Positions 7,691 to 17,918 of a DNA stretch of 64,000 nucleotides are shown piece after piece. The notes below the pieces were generated by a model, which saw nothing but the letters and a program-made list of their open reading frames with translations, had not been told where the DNA came from and did not search any database. The position numbers and the translations under genes were made by a program. The DNA is from a virus, in the IMG/VR virus record IMGVR_UViG_3300000228_000004, positions 1-64,000 of that record, one strand, 5' to 3'. Every line of letters begins with the position of its first letter. Position 1 is the first letter of the stretch.

Positions 7691-10342
7691 TTACTTTAAA
7701 ATCTTTACTAGGTCAATATTTTTTTGATTTAAAATGTATGTATTCCCTCTTTTTTCAAACCCTATTTTAGCTATGAATTCCCTGAAATCACCCCACTGAA
7801 TTAATTCATCAATTTGCTTTATGTCATTATTGACAAATTTAGTTTTAAGGTGAACCCCGCGCTTTTTCAAATCTTTCATATATTTGAAATACCTAATTTG
7901 CCCTTTGTCGTGCAAAGTTTCAGAAACCATGTAGCTCAATAGTTGGTTTATATCGTTTTCGTTTTTCGTTAAGAAGTATTTCAACTTTTTGAGCCTAGAT
8001 ATAAATTTGAAGTTGCTCCTGATTTCTATATCCGTAACTTCTTTTAGTGTTTCTGGTGGCGTGCCGTGTTTGAGGTTTGAATTTATTTCTGACATCAATT
8101 TTACCATTTTGTCTTTATCATTTGAAAAGAATTTCCTACCAACGAATGATTCAAGATTCAATTCAGAATAATCACTTTCTTCTAGTGATTTTATTGTATC
8201 CATCATTATACCTAATTCCCTTTCTTTGATACTTTTTTTCACTAAATTAATGTCTATTTTATGTCTGTATTTTTCAACTGATTCTATATCAGAAGAAAAT
8301 TGATGCTTCAATAGTAATTTGAAGCTATGTTTATGATCATTCTCAAATTTATTATATAAAATTTCGGTCGCGTTCATAAACTCACCCACTGGGGAAAGAA
8401 CAAAATCACCAAATTCATCAACTGCTATTAACAAACTAGAGTGATTTTTGTAGTGTTTGTCTATGTTATTTTTTACTTCTTGGTTAAGTTGTGTCAATGA
8501 AGTTTCAAGAAATCTTTTTCTTTCCTTCACGAAATAGTGGATATTTTCAGCCTTCCTACTTCTTCGTATCATTTGTAGCGAACTTATTACATCAGTTGAC
8601 ATACTTTCATCTATGTGAAAATGGTGTTTAATTTGATTGATGATAGATACGCCCACTGTTAAAGCTGGTGTATATATTAGAACATCCCAGCTATTGTGGG
8701 TTTCTTTCACAAATTCACCATATATCAATTCTTTCTCGGCGTCCAGCGTTTCACCACTTAATAACATCGTTTTTAACCCGATATCATCTAATAATTGTTG
8801 TATTGATTTTGAAAGTATCTTAGAAGTACAGCTCACTGATACTTTTCTTCCCTCTTTCTTTTCACACAATGAAACTTCTAGTATTTTACTAATGATGTTT
8901 TCTAAATCAGAATAATCCTTTATGGTCGTATCTTCCCTGAAATTATTCACTATACCAAAGGTTGGTTTAGTATTTATGATATCATTCTCAAAACCGAAAA
9001 GAAATGCATCGGCTATTAAGCAATTTTTAGTTTTCATCGCATACAGTAACTTCACCTTATTAAGATTTGAGAATTCATTCATATTATTTCTAGAGTGTAA
9101 TGTAAGAGAAACGAATTCATCTAATATAACAACATCAAAGTTTTTAAGACTATAATGCCTAAGTGAGTCGAATTGGACGATAAGGTTATCCCCTACATTA
9201 TAGTCATAATCTGAATAGATCTTCATATTGTACTTTTTACTAAAATCATCAGCGACGGAAACTCTATTCGTTATCAATAATACTCTTTTACCCCTCGTAT
9301 CACATTCTTCTAGAACTCGTTCAATCACATTACTTTTACCAGTCCCCATAGGAGATTTTATCTTAAAAAGACCTTCTGTGTCCAACCATTCATTTATAAG
9401 GGAAATTTCCTTCTCAGTTACATCTAGGTATCGCTTGTTTACTGAGATACATTTTTGCATTTTTCCTGTACCGGAAAATTCACATTCTCTTTCTTTCATT
9501 TTAATTTCATCAAAATATTTCATCACCGATGATCTATGTTTAACCGAACTGAAAATATTAAAGCTTTTTGATTTATCAAAATGGTTCATAAAAAACGGGC
9601 TAGTGATAAAAATGAAATAGCCATTTTTCGTTCTTTCTGAATGGTGAGAGAATGTTACTATCCCATTTTCTTCATTAATACTTGAAACCGAAAACCCTCT
9701 CATCCTATATTCAGAAATACAAATGTCAACCACATCACTATGGCTATCTGAAATTTCGATTTCGAGGTGTTCTTTGATATCATCCTTAATCATAAATTTA
9801 GGGATATATTTCCCCTTTCTCAATAGCGTGATACCATTTGAATACGAAGGTGATTGGAACGCGCCCTCATTCATAGATGTCAAATCTATTTTGGCGTAAT
9901 TGAACAAATGCTCATTCATTTGTTCTAGGATGGCTCGTATAGAACCCTTGGAGTTTATCCCATTTACTTTGATAATACCCTTTAAATTAAATGAAGTTTT
10001 ACCGTTATGGCTCCTGGACGGTATTATTCCAACATAATAGTCATGCTTTATGAAAAAATCAATAATCATTTTTTCACTATATGCGTCTTTGACTCCATCG
10101 AAATCAACGATTATGAATTCTAATTTTTCATTCAAAAATGGGGCAAGATCTTTTTTTGTTCTTCTTAATCTAGTCGTGCTTTTAAAATCATAATCTCTAT
10201 TTAGAACAAATTCATTCCTAAGTAGTTCCAGAGCTCCTTCTAATGAAACTCTTGCGGTTTTAAACTCAAATGTTTTATCTAAAAACGGGGATTTCGGAAC
10301 TTTTGAAAATGTTTTATCTGAAATGAATGTAGTTATTTTCAA
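7691..10342 (-). CDS. SF2 helicase, origin-binding-protein (UL9)-like, with an N-terminal primase-like region
   Basis: KSPMGTGKS, VILDEF, YTPALTVGVSI, LQMIRRSR; N-terminal IVDFD motif. Confidence 0.7.
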   Translation of the reverse strand: MKITTFISDKTFSKVPKSPFLDKTFEFKTARVSLEGALELLRNEFVLNRDYDFKSTTRLRRTKKDLAPFLNEKLEFIIVDFDGVKDAYSEKMIIDFFIKHDYYVGIIPSRSHNGKTSFNLKGIIKVNGINSKGSIRAILEQMNEHLFNYAKIDLTSMNEGAFQSPSYSNGITLLRKGKYIPKFMIKDDIKEHLEIEISDSHSDVVDICISEYRMRGFSVSSINEENGIVTFSHHSERTKNGYFIFITSPFFMNHFDKSKSFNIFSSVKHRSSVMKYFDEIKMKERECEFSGTGKMQKCISVNKRYLDVTEKEISLINEWLDTEGLFKIKSPMGTGKSNVIERVLEECDTRGKRVLLITNRVSVADDFSKKYNMKIYSDYDYNVGDNLIVQFDSLRHYSLKNFDVVILDEFVSLTLHSRNNMNEFSNLNKVKLLYAMKTKNCLIADAFLFGFENDIINTKPTFGIVNNFREDTTIKDYSDLENIISKILEVSLCEKKEGRKVSVSCTSKILSKSIQQLLDDIGLKTMLLSGETLDAEKELIYGEFVKETHNSWDVLIYTPALTVGVSIINQIKHHFHIDESMSTDVISSLQMIRRSRKAENIHYFVKERKRFLETSLTQLNQEVKNNIDKHYKNHSSLLIAVDEFGDFVLSPVGEFMNATEILYNKFENDHKHSFKLLLKHQFSSDIESVEKYRHKIDINLVKKSIKERELGIMMDTIKSLEESDYSELNLESFVGRKFFSNDKDKMVKLMSEINSNLKHGTPPETLKEVTDIEIRSNFKFISRLKKLKYFLTKNENDINQLLSYMVSETLHDKGQIRYFKYMKDLKKRGVHLKTKFVNNDIKQIDELIQWGDFREFIAKIGFEKRGNTYILNQKNIDLVKILK

Positions 10343-10379
10343 AGTTTCCCCTATGTGTTCAATATAACACAGTATTTTA

Positions 10380-11159
10380 TTAGACCCGTTTCGTTTTTGG
10401 CGTGTATACTTTCACCATTTTAGAAATTCTTTCACCGAATTCTTCATTAGTTTCTGGTTCACATAAGTCAGTTTTCCTATAATCGCAGTATTCACAAAGC
10501 TTTGATTCATTTTTTGGAAAATTGGTCGCTTTTTCAATTTGTGATATTTTTTCAACAACTTTTTTAACTAATGTACTAAAATGTTTTCTATGAAAAATGT
10601 ATTCTTTTTCTTCTAGATGTTCAACATACAAGAACGCGGTTCTCACCGTGTTTATGTCAGGGTATTTCATAAATGCCCAAGCAGAATACATAACAAGTTG
10701 AAGTGGGGCTGGGAATGCAGATATTTTACCAGTTTTGAAATCAAGAAGTTCAATTAGATCACCGTGAATAATTTGGTGGTCAATTTTACCCCTGAAAATT
10801 GCGCCTTTATTATAATATGAGCACGGGGCTAATTGTTTGCCCACTAACTTTACCCCGAATCCTACTTCAGCTTTAGTTTCACAAGTACCACTAAAATACT
10901 CCGCGCCCTTAGGGCTTGAAATATAATTCCTGAAAATATCATCACAAGCGTGAACATCATCTTCAGACATTGCGTCGAAATTAAAAACGGTATCTTTACC
11001 CTTAGTTTTGTTTTCGAACAGGGAGTGGATATAACTCCCCCTTTCGGTTGCTAAATTTTTCTCAAATGTCTTTATTTTTTCTATATAACTAAATTCGTAT
11101 TTTTTGGGGCAAGATAAGAATGTATTAATTTTAGAGAAACTATACGGCGCGAATTTCAA
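10380..11159 (-). CDS. PD-(D/E)XK RecB/Cas4-like exonuclease
   Basis: YSFSKINTFLSCP, RGKID, DFKTGK, QLVMY, CEYCDY..C. Confidence 0.85.
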   Translation of the reverse strand: MKFAPYSFSKINTFLSCPKKYEFSYIEKIKTFEKNLATERGSYIHSLFENKTKGKDTVFNFDAMSEDDVHACDDIFRNYISSPKGAEYFSGTCETKAEVGFGVKLVGKQLAPCSYYNKGAIFRGKIDHQIIHGDLIELLDFKTGKISAFPAPLQLVMYSAWAFMKYPDINTVRTAFLYVEHLEEKEYIFHRKHFSTLVKKVVEKISQIEKATNFPKNESKLCEYCDYRKTDLCEPETNEEFGERISKMVKVYTPKTKRV

Positions 11160-11565
11160 TTGTTTCCCGATCTACATAATCTTCTTTTGTTTTGATAAAA
11201 TATTTACAGAAAGCATTTATTACTCTCGGATCTTCTTCTTCTTCGACATGCCCTATATCAATTGTTTTTAGAATTTCTCTATAAGCTTTCATATTCTCAG
11301 GGAATTCATTTTCTATCTTATATTGATATCCTTGAAATTTACCATCGTAAACATAAACTTTTGGTATCCAACCGAAAGCGTTCCAAGTACCCAACCCATC
11401 TGGTGAATATTCTCCATCTTTCAATAATGCGTGCGGGAATATCTCGCCTCGTGTATTGAGCCTAGTTGCTTTACCAGATGATCTGTAAAACAACTGGTAT
11501 TTTCCTTCAATTTCAGTAAGGTATATAACCCTACCGTGATACAACCAAGTTTCAATCAATTTCAT
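11140..11565 (-). CDS. Hypothetical protein
   Basis: ORF in the co-oriented operon. Confidence 0.6.
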   Translation of the reverse strand: MKLIETWLYHGRVIYLTEIEGKYQLFYRSSGKATRLNTRGEIFPHALLKDGEYSPDGLGTWNAFGWIPKVYVYDGKFQGYQYKIENEFPENMKAYREILKTIDIGHVEEEEDPRVINAFCKYFIKTKEDYVDRETIEIRAV

Positions 11566-11567
11566 AA

Positions 11568-11894
11568 TTATTCCACTCTATCAAATATTTTTATTGGGTT
11601 ACCATTATTCAATTCAGAAAATCTGCTATCTGATGTATACACAAAATTTCCACCGAACATTACTTGTGCTTTGTTTTCAATTAAACTTTTTGGTACTGCT
11701 CTCAAAGAGTTGTATGGACCTTTCGTTATCACTAAATAATCAGTGTCTGTGATTTCGTTTGGGGTATAGTTACCTCTTAAAGATACTTCATCTGAAAACA
11801 CGAATGCTCTAGTTCTTTGTGAACTGAACCCTTTATTTGTGCAATCACCGTTATAATCTGAATCTTTGAATATACTTACTGATAACCCTGTCAT
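11568..11894 (-). CDS. Hypothetical early protein
   Basis: First gene after a conserved promoter; DCTNKG and MFGGNF.YTSDSRF motifs. Confidence 0.65.
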   Translation of the reverse strand: MTGLSVSIFKDSDYNGDCTNKGFSSQRTRAFVFSDEVSLRGNYTPNEITDTDYLVITKGPYNSLRAVPKSLIENKAQVMFGGNFVYTSDSRFSELNNGNPIKIFDRVE

Positions 11895-11922
11895 GCTAGT
11901 TCCTTTAATTGTTATATAATAT

Positions 11923-11957
11923 ATTATACCGTAAGTTAGCTTAAAGTAAGGTTAAAC
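11923..11957 (-). promoter_or_regulatory. Conserved early promoter
   Basis: GTTTAACCTTACTTTAAGCTAACTTACGGTATAAT. Confidence 0.8.
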
Positions 11958-11969
11958 GCGCGGAATTTA

Positions 11970-13157
11970 TTAATCTATATGTATAAATTCCACTTCATCG
12001 AATTCGTGTAGAGTTGGCGCTAAAAATGCCTTTTTCATATTTTCATACACAAGCCTATTGATGTGTTTCCCTTCAGTGATTCTAAGCATGTTTCTGGCGT
12101 TTAAAATCGATTCCCCAGAAAGAAATACGACCGCTTTCTTGTTATACCCTTTAATACCAGATATCCATTTATTTCTAGATTTTCTAGACATATTTGTCAT
12201 ATCTATGATGATGTCTTTTTTCAATTTCTTCGCTTCTGTAAATTTTTTAAACAGAATTTCATCGATTTCAAGGTGGTCTTCCTTAGTAAGGGACTTAAAA
12301 ATGTCTGAATAAGTAGACAAACCAATATTTCCGCCGAATTCAACTACGATTTCATCTCTTGAGATAATTTCGTGTTTCAAGAAACATTCCTTCTTGGTAT
12401 GTGTTGACTTCCCACTTGCTGGCAATCCAACCATTACTATCAACTCATTCGGCATTTTAGGCGTGATTACTTTTTTGTTATTTTCAAACACCGAAGGGGT
12501 ATATATACTTTCCCTCAATGACTCACCGAAATCACCATTACTTGAAGCACTTGGTTTACGGAATCTCCCTAAAGCATCATTTTTAGTATGTTTTATAAAT
12601 CTTTCATACCCTTCTCGTGTTTTGAATATATGGGTAATCTTTTCTGGTTCAAATTCAGCGCCATCTTTTATTCTATTGTATAAAATGCCGTGTAGAGATA
12701 TTATCACCAGAGTTTCGTTCATTTCATCTTCGTTGATCACTCCTTCAGATTTCAGTGAGTATAGTACATCTATTGATTTCCAAAATGATATGCCTTCGTG
12801 TCCCCTGAATAAGACCTTTTTAGTGGATGTCTCCTTTTCCCCCGACCTTTCTTCACCATTGTGTATTGGTTTGGGTTGATTTGCTTCTATTTCTTCCCGT
12901 GCTTCAGGTTTTCCGACATCGTGTAAAAGGGCTGAGAGTTTGACTATTTTATGATCGTTTCTCGCCTCTTGGCAAACCATCATCGTATGAGACCACACAC
13001 TATCTTCCATATGGTATAGGTTAGGGGTCTTATCCTCATGTGCATGGTTTGAATTTTTCATATCATTCGCCAATTCTGGAAATTTGGCTTGAAAAAAATA
13101 AATTATTTCACCCATCGTTGGTGAAGTTGGGTTATCAAAAAAAGTTCGTGTTCCCAT
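11970..13157 (-). CDS. HD-domain phosphohydrolase fused to a polynucleotide-kinase-like P-loop (RNA end healing)
   Basis: YHME.SVWSHT, ALLHDVGK, GHE; C-terminal MVGLPASGKST, ISRD, IIDMTN. Confidence 0.8.
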   Translation of the reverse strand: MGTRTFFDNPTSPTMGEIIYFFQAKFPELANDMKNSNHAHEDKTPNLYHMEDSVWSHTMMVCQEARNDHKIVKLSALLHDVGKPEAREEIEANQPKPIHNGEERSGEKETSTKKVLFRGHEGISFWKSIDVLYSLKSEGVINEDEMNETLVIISLHGILYNRIKDGAEFEPEKITHIFKTREGYERFIKHTKNDALGRFRKPSASSNGDFGESLRESIYTPSVFENNKKVITPKMPNELIVMVGLPASGKSTHTKKECFLKHEIISRDEIVVEFGGNIGLSTYSDIFKSLTKEDHLEIDEILFKKFTEAKKLKKDIIIDMTNMSRKSRNKWISGIKGYNKKAVVFLSGESILNARNMLRITEGKHINRLVYENMKKAFLAPTLHEFDEVEFIHID

Positions 13158-13244
13158 TTTTTACCTTTGTGTTATAATATCATAGACTTGGTTTAAATAG
13201 AGGTTAAACTTCGGTGTATTTTAATCCTCTTCTTAAATATTTTA

Positions 13245-13430
13245 TCATTTTAGCTTTTTTTCCCAGACAACGCGCATCATATCTTCTATTAATTTTTCAA
13301 CATTTTTTTCTTTCACGGTAACACATACTATCTTTGGTTGGGATTTTGAATCTTTCCCTAGAAAAAATGAAAATTTAAGATCACCATTTTCAGATACAGA
13401 AGCAGTTGAAATATGAGAGTTTAAATTCAT
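13245..13430 (-). CDS. Hypothetical protein
   Basis: Short ORF in the operon. Confidence 0.45.
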   Translation of the reverse strand: MNLNSHISTASVSENGDLKFSFFLGKDSKSQPKIVCVTVKEKNVEKLIEDMMRVVWEKKLK

Positions 13431-13533
13431 ACCATATAACCGAGGCAGAAAGATATAAATGAAATACTTATAATGGTGAATATTATCGCACCGACCTCTT
13501 TTATATCTTCTTTAGCTCCTTGCTTTAAACATT

Positions 13534-13761
13534 TCATTGATTGTCTTCATTGAATTTGTAAAATTCTTCGGTATACTCTTTGCAAGATTTAACTAAAATT
13601 ATGTCCATTGATACGACTGAGTCCAAATTAGGACATTCTTCTAGTCCCGCTTTTATTGCTTCTATTGATTTATTAGTCGCGTTTGATTCACTCAAACTAA
13701 TCCCAATAACGCCACCTAACCCAGTAACCATCAAGAATATAAAAAACCATTTCATTTCCAT
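13534..13761 (-). CDS. Small membrane-anchored protein
   Basis: N-terminal hydrophobic helix. Confidence 0.55.
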   Translation of the reverse strand: MEMKWFFIFLMVTGLGGVIGISLSESNATNKSIEAIKAGLEECPNLDSVVSMDIILVKSCKEYTEEFYKFNEDNQ

Positions 13762-13776
13762 TTATTTTTCCTTTAC

Positions 13777-14040
13777 TTAAAATCTTATTGTTGAATTCTT
13801 GAAGAAAATTCCTGAACACACCGTACCTTCTATTGATTCCCCGCGGGTATTTTTAGCAGTGAACCCAGTATGATAAAAATCATCCTGCGAACAATCGAAA
13901 AACTGATACCCAGTGATTTTAACATCTGTGAACCCCTGAGAACTTAAAGCCCTTTTTGCATCTGTTTCTGATACACCGCCAGTTATAGCGAACGGTAGTA
14001 TACAAATCACCAGAATTGTCAAATGTGTTAAAAACTTCAT
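13777..14040 (-). CDS. Small exported/membrane protein
   Basis: Signal-like N-terminus, GY.FFDCS.DD...TGF...G.VCSG motif. Confidence 0.6.
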   Translation of the reverse strand: MKFLTHLTILVICILPFAITGGVSETDAKRALSSQGFTDVKITGYQFFDCSQDDFYHTGFTAKNTRGESIEGTVCSGIFFKNSTIRF

Positions 14041-14240
14041 TTTCCGACCTTTTCGAAATAAATGATAACTTTATCATTGAAAGGTTCGAACGAGTCTATT
14101 GGGCATTTTTCATTAATTTCATTCAATTCTTTAAAAGTGGCAGATGTCACTATACAATATGTTATAGGGTCACTTTCATGAAATAATGAAATTTCGCCAG
14201 ATTTCATTATTTCATTCAGCATCAGTTTCAATTTCTTCAT
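14037..14240 (-). CDS. Hypothetical early protein
   Basis: Follows a conserved promoter. Confidence 0.55.
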   Translation of the reverse strand: MKKLKLMLNEIMKSGEISLFHESDPITYCIVTSATFKELNEINEKCPIDSFEPFNDKVIIYFEKVGK

Positions 14241-14270
14241 CCATCTTTAATCCTTTATGTTATATAATAT

Positions 14271-14304
14271 ATTATACCGTAAGTTACCTTAAAACAAGGT
14301 TAAA
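14271..14304 (-). promoter_or_regulatory. Conserved early promoter overlapping the RNA ligase stop codon
   Basis: TTTAACCTTGTTTTAAGGTAACTTACGGTATAAT. Confidence 0.75.
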
Positions 14305-15439
14305 TGCTTTCTAAAAATTTCTTAGCATCGTTTAATCCAGAAGTTCTTGATAAAATATATATTTTCACTTGTTCTTCAGCAGTTTTTTCAATATCTCCGA
14401 ATGAATCAACAAGAGTTTTCATTACAGCTGAGAATAATTCATCTTTTGAATGTTTAATAGCAAAATCTTTTCGGACTTCTTTGAAATCTTGAAAATACTT
14501 TCTTCGCAATTCTATGAACTCTTTCACTAAATGGTTAAATTTACGGGTCACTTTAGATTCAATTTCAATGATTCTTTCTTTCTTATGACCTTCAACTAAA
14601 GCAGAAATCACATCATCTATATTTCCGTCTAAGATAGTTTTCACTAAAAGGTTTTCTCTAAATGCATCAGGACCGATTAATGAATGTTTTTGAATATATT
14701 TGTTTGTTTTGATTTTAGCCATTTGACCATCTTCAAAAGTGACAACCCACCCTTCAATATCATCAGTCCTTGTTTCTTTTTCTTTGAGTAATTCATCAAG
14801 AGTAAGGTTATCAAAATCTTGTGTGATTTTGATATCAAAATCACCTATGAAATTTTGCATGTTTTCTCTTGTTAGGTATCTACCACTTTCATCTCTGATT
14901 TGCAAAAGTACAAGCTCATCTTTTTCATAATTCACTACAATTTGATTTGATATTCCTACTAATTCAAATACAGGTGTTAATTTGTAAATGAAACAGTTAC
15001 CAATGAACATTTTCAGGTCATCGTCCGCCTCATAAATTTTTTGAGCCAACACCGCTTGGTCTGAATCAAAACTCATTTTAGATTTCATTCTCGTTATACT
15101 ATTAGAAAATAATACAGGCGATATAATTGAACCATCTTCTTTAGTTTGAACTCTTGCTATTTTTTTATCTTTTAGATCATCAAAAAGCCAAAAGTCAGTT
15201 TGTCCGACATTGAAGAATTTATTGAGAAGGATATTCCTGTCCCAATCTTGAATATCTTCATTATATACAAAGGTAAGCCCTCTTAATTCAAATGCATCAT
15301 TATCGACGAAATCTGATAAAGACGCTAAACGGTAGTCATACATCTCTACTTTTTGACCTTCCACAAACCTTTCAGTAACATAAAATGCTTCTGAATTTTC
15401 AGTAATATGTAATGCTTCTTCTCTTGTTGGTAGTCTCAT
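14300..15439 (-). CDS. rnlA: RNA ligase 1 (T4 RnlA-like)
   Basis: ELRGLTF, KFFN, KEDGS (motif I), FEL...NQIVV.Y, EGWVV, KIKT..Y. Confidence 0.88.
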   Translation of the reverse strand: MRLPTREEALHITENSEAFYVTERFVEGQKVEMYDYRLASLSDFVDNDAFELRGLTFVYNEDIQDWDRNILLNKFFNVGQTDFWLFDDLKDKKIARVQTKEDGSIISPVLFSNSITRMKSKMSFDSDQAVLAQKIYEADDDLKMFIGNCFIYKLTPVFELVGISNQIVVNYEKDELVLLQIRDESGRYLTRENMQNFIGDFDIKITQDFDNLTLDELLKEKETRTDDIEGWVVTFEDGQMAKIKTNKYIQKHSLIGPDAFRENLLVKTILDGNIDDVISALVEGHKKERIIEIESKVTRKFNHLVKEFIELRRKYFQDFKEVRKDFAIKHSKDELFSAVMKTLVDSFGDIEKTAEEQVKIYILSRTSGLNDAKKFLESI

Positions 15440-15556
15440 TATGTTCCTTTATTTTATTTTCAATCATTGAGTGCGTTTCTTGGTTAAATTCAAATTATGG
15501 TTAATTGAAAAATCAGTAAGTTTGGCTTATACACATTAAGATAGATTAGAATGGTA

Positions 15557-15931
15557 TTAATTATCATATTCTTTTTTCCATTTTAAAGGTATTTTTCTTT
15601 CGAATATATATAACTTTGAATTTGTATCTTTTATAATATTTTGATAAAATCTTATGTATTCTTTTTTCTTTGAAGCAGAAGTTTCTTCTACCATGAGCCT
15701 GAATGCTTCTGAAATATTGTGTGAATCACACTCATTTGATTTCTTTTGCCAAGTTTCTTTGATATTATCCAAATACTCGTGAAGTTTTTTACTGTCATAA
15801 AAATCAAACTCTTTATGCTCTCCTTGATATCGTTTTTCTATTCCACTGGCGAATTTTTCGAAATCGTCATCGATTTCAGTGTAAAACCGCTCGTAATCTT
15901 TAAACCCATAATCTCTTATTAATGTATTCAT
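15557..15931 (-). CDS. Hypothetical protein
   Basis: ORF with AGAGGA RBS. Confidence 0.55.
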   Translation of the reverse strand: MNTLIRDYGFKDYERFYTEIDDDFEKFASGIEKRYQGEHKEFDFYDSKKLHEYLDNIKETWQKKSNECDSHNISEAFRLMVEETSASKKKEYIRFYQNIIKDTNSKLYIFERKIPLKWKKEYDN

Positions 15932-16121
15932 TGTTCCTCTTTTTTAAAACCCAGAGTTTCTAACCTCGTTTAATACGAGAAACTAATCTATCGAGACAAA
16001 CCATCATTGATGGTAATGTATGTCTCAATCGGAATAGCCACAATTAGAAGGGAATAGTTTTGTTAAATATCGTACCAGAAACACATTAATGTTTAAATAA
16101 TAAACATTGATCTATTTCTGT

Positions 16122-16194
16122 TTCTCCATACCAGAGTTGAACTGACAACCTCTCCCTTTCAAGGGGAGTGCTCCACCAATTGAGCTAATGGAGA
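16122..16194 (-). tRNA. tRNA with anticodon UGA (nominally Ser) but a short variable loop; no encoded CCA
   Basis: TCTCCAT-TA-GCTC AATTGGTG GAGC-A-CTCCC CTTGAAA GGGAG-AGGTT-GTCAG TTCAACT CTGGT-ATGGAGA-A folds as a cloverleaf. Confidence 0.8.
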
Positions 16195-16407
16195 GTGAAC
16201 CATAAATTCATATTTTTCTAGAGAAATAGGTTTATGGTTCAGTACATTTCTCTTTTCTGGGCTTATCTGTGTTAACTCTAGAAATACAGAATAACTCACC
16301 ATAGTCTTTGTAAATGCGCAAACTTGGACTGCTTAAAGTACTTTAAAATATATTAAAAGTAATTTAAGTAGTTTAATAAATTCAAATAATTATTAGACTT
16401 CTCGGGG

Positions 16408-16842
16408 TTATTTAAAAAGATTTTGAAGTTTCCCCTTTAGAGTTGGGTCTTCTTTAAGTTCTTTTTTGAATGTTTTCAAATTATCAAATTTGAATTCGAT
16501 AATATTTCTTTCAGAATCAAAACCCCATATAGAACATTTTTTATCTTCATTATAGTGACCAGATTTCGGGCAGATACCACCTAGATATCTTTCTTCTAAA
16601 TCAAATGTAGAAAATCTGATATCATCATATAATACACCATTAACTGGGCAGTTATTTTTTAACCATACATAAGAAGTATCTGGGTTGATGATATTTTCTT
16701 TTACAAGAAATTTAATGACTGGGACGGCTTTAAGCATTTTATTTTCGAGGCTTGATTTTTTACAAAACCAATCATAAAAATTTGAATAACTGTCTGAATC
16801 TTGAATTGGATTTTCTAAGAACTCTCTAATTGATGTGGTCAT
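16408..16842 (-). CDS. Hypothetical early protein
   Basis: FYDWFCK..SL and WLKNNCP..G.LYDDIR motifs; follows a promoter cassette. Confidence 0.65.
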   Translation of the reverse strand: MTTSIREFLENPIQDSDSYSNFYDWFCKKSSLENKMLKAVPVIKFLVKENIINPDTSYVWLKNNCPVNGVLYDDIRFSTFDLEERYLGGICPKSGHYNEDKKCSIWGFDSERNIIEFKFDNLKTFKKELKEDPTLKGKLQNLFK

Positions 16843-16872
16843 CTTTAACCCTTTCTTTATCTTATATAATAT

Positions 16873-16907
16873 ATTATACCGTATGTTAGCTTAAAGTAAG
16901 GTTAAAC
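16873..16907 (-). promoter_or_regulatory. Conserved early promoter
   Basis: Part of a repeat of about 92 bp shared with 594..685. Confidence 0.8.
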
Positions 16908-17340
16908 GAACAAAAATTTAAAATTTTCCCAAGCTTCGTCATTTATGGAGAGGTGGATCACTGTATATTTTTCCTACTCGGGGGTGACATTCATCAACTA
17001 AAGGACTCTTCGCGGCAGTACATATGCCCAAGAGTTCTAAATGTCGTCTAGTGTGTACCAGTCTTAAGCAATTTGTTCTATTTTTCTTCAAGTTTCGGTA
17101 TTAATCTCTTTGATATTTTGAATACTCAAAGCATCCATTAACACACCCAATGAATTAGTTTACCCAGCGTTATTGCTTCCGCTCATATAAGTTGGCATTT
17201 GTACTTTAAAGTCTTTAAGGTTCGCAGCATATACGCCATTTTACCCAATTTTTATTTCATAATGATTCCATTTATTCCCTTTAATCAATTAATAACAGTG
17301 GGTATCACAGCTTCACGCCTGAAGTTGGAATACAGTGAAT

Positions 17341-17547
17341 TTAATCTCTGGTTATATAAAATAACAAAAAGAGCGAAACGAAAGACACTATATTTATATA
17401 GATAAATAAACGAACCCCGTCGAAAACACTTTCAAAGATTGAATCCCCATTTTGGAATTTATTATATGCCCGAAATAACCCGAACGCCCACGAAAGGGAA
17501 ATTGATATGTAGCACCCCAACACCAAAATATTCAATACCATCATCAT
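17341..17547 (-). CDS. Small membrane protein
   Basis: Two hydrophobic segments; start overlaps the upstream stop. Confidence 0.5.
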   Translation of the reverse strand: MMMVLNILVLGCYISISLSWAFGLFRAYNKFQNGDSIFESVFDGVRLFIYINIVSFVSLFLLFYITRD

Positions 17548-17918
17548 ATTATACCCTTCTCTTTTTTCATAAACCCTTGAAAGTCCCCAATGGCGACTCT
17601 TACGAAACCACCTTTGTCAACTAATACACTACTAACATTTCTTATTATTGAGTTTGAGACATCAACCCACCCATTCACGGGAGCCCTAGACTCAACTGAA
17701 ATACTCATTTTTCTGCGATTAATTACATAATCTATTTTCCTTTCGATTTTGTCTCCAGTAATAGACCAAATATTTGATGATATGGGTAGTAAAGAACAGC
17801 CACATACGATAGAGCCATCTTCATTAATATCAGCACTTTCCTTCTTTGGAATTAAATTATTGTAATAAAACACCTTTTTGTTATGTTCGATGTTGTTTTT
17901 TATGTAATGTATTTTCAA
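17544..17918 (-). CDS. Hypothetical protein
   Basis: Coupled ORF in the operon. Confidence 0.5.
   Translation of the reverse strand: MKIHYIKNNIEHNKKVFYYNNLIPKKESADINEDGSIVCGCSLLPISSNIWSITGDKIERKIDYVINRRKMSISVESRAPVNGWVDVSNSIIRNVSSVLVDKGGFVRVAIGDFQGFMKKEKGII

Noticed and set aside
10380-11159. Cas4 as part of a CRISPR-Cas locus
   Set aside because: No other cas genes or array; solo Cas4/RecB-like nucleases are common in phages.
16920-17270. Possible tmRNA or other ncRNA
   Set aside because: No tRNA-like ends could be built; part of it reads as an ORF remnant with internal stops.
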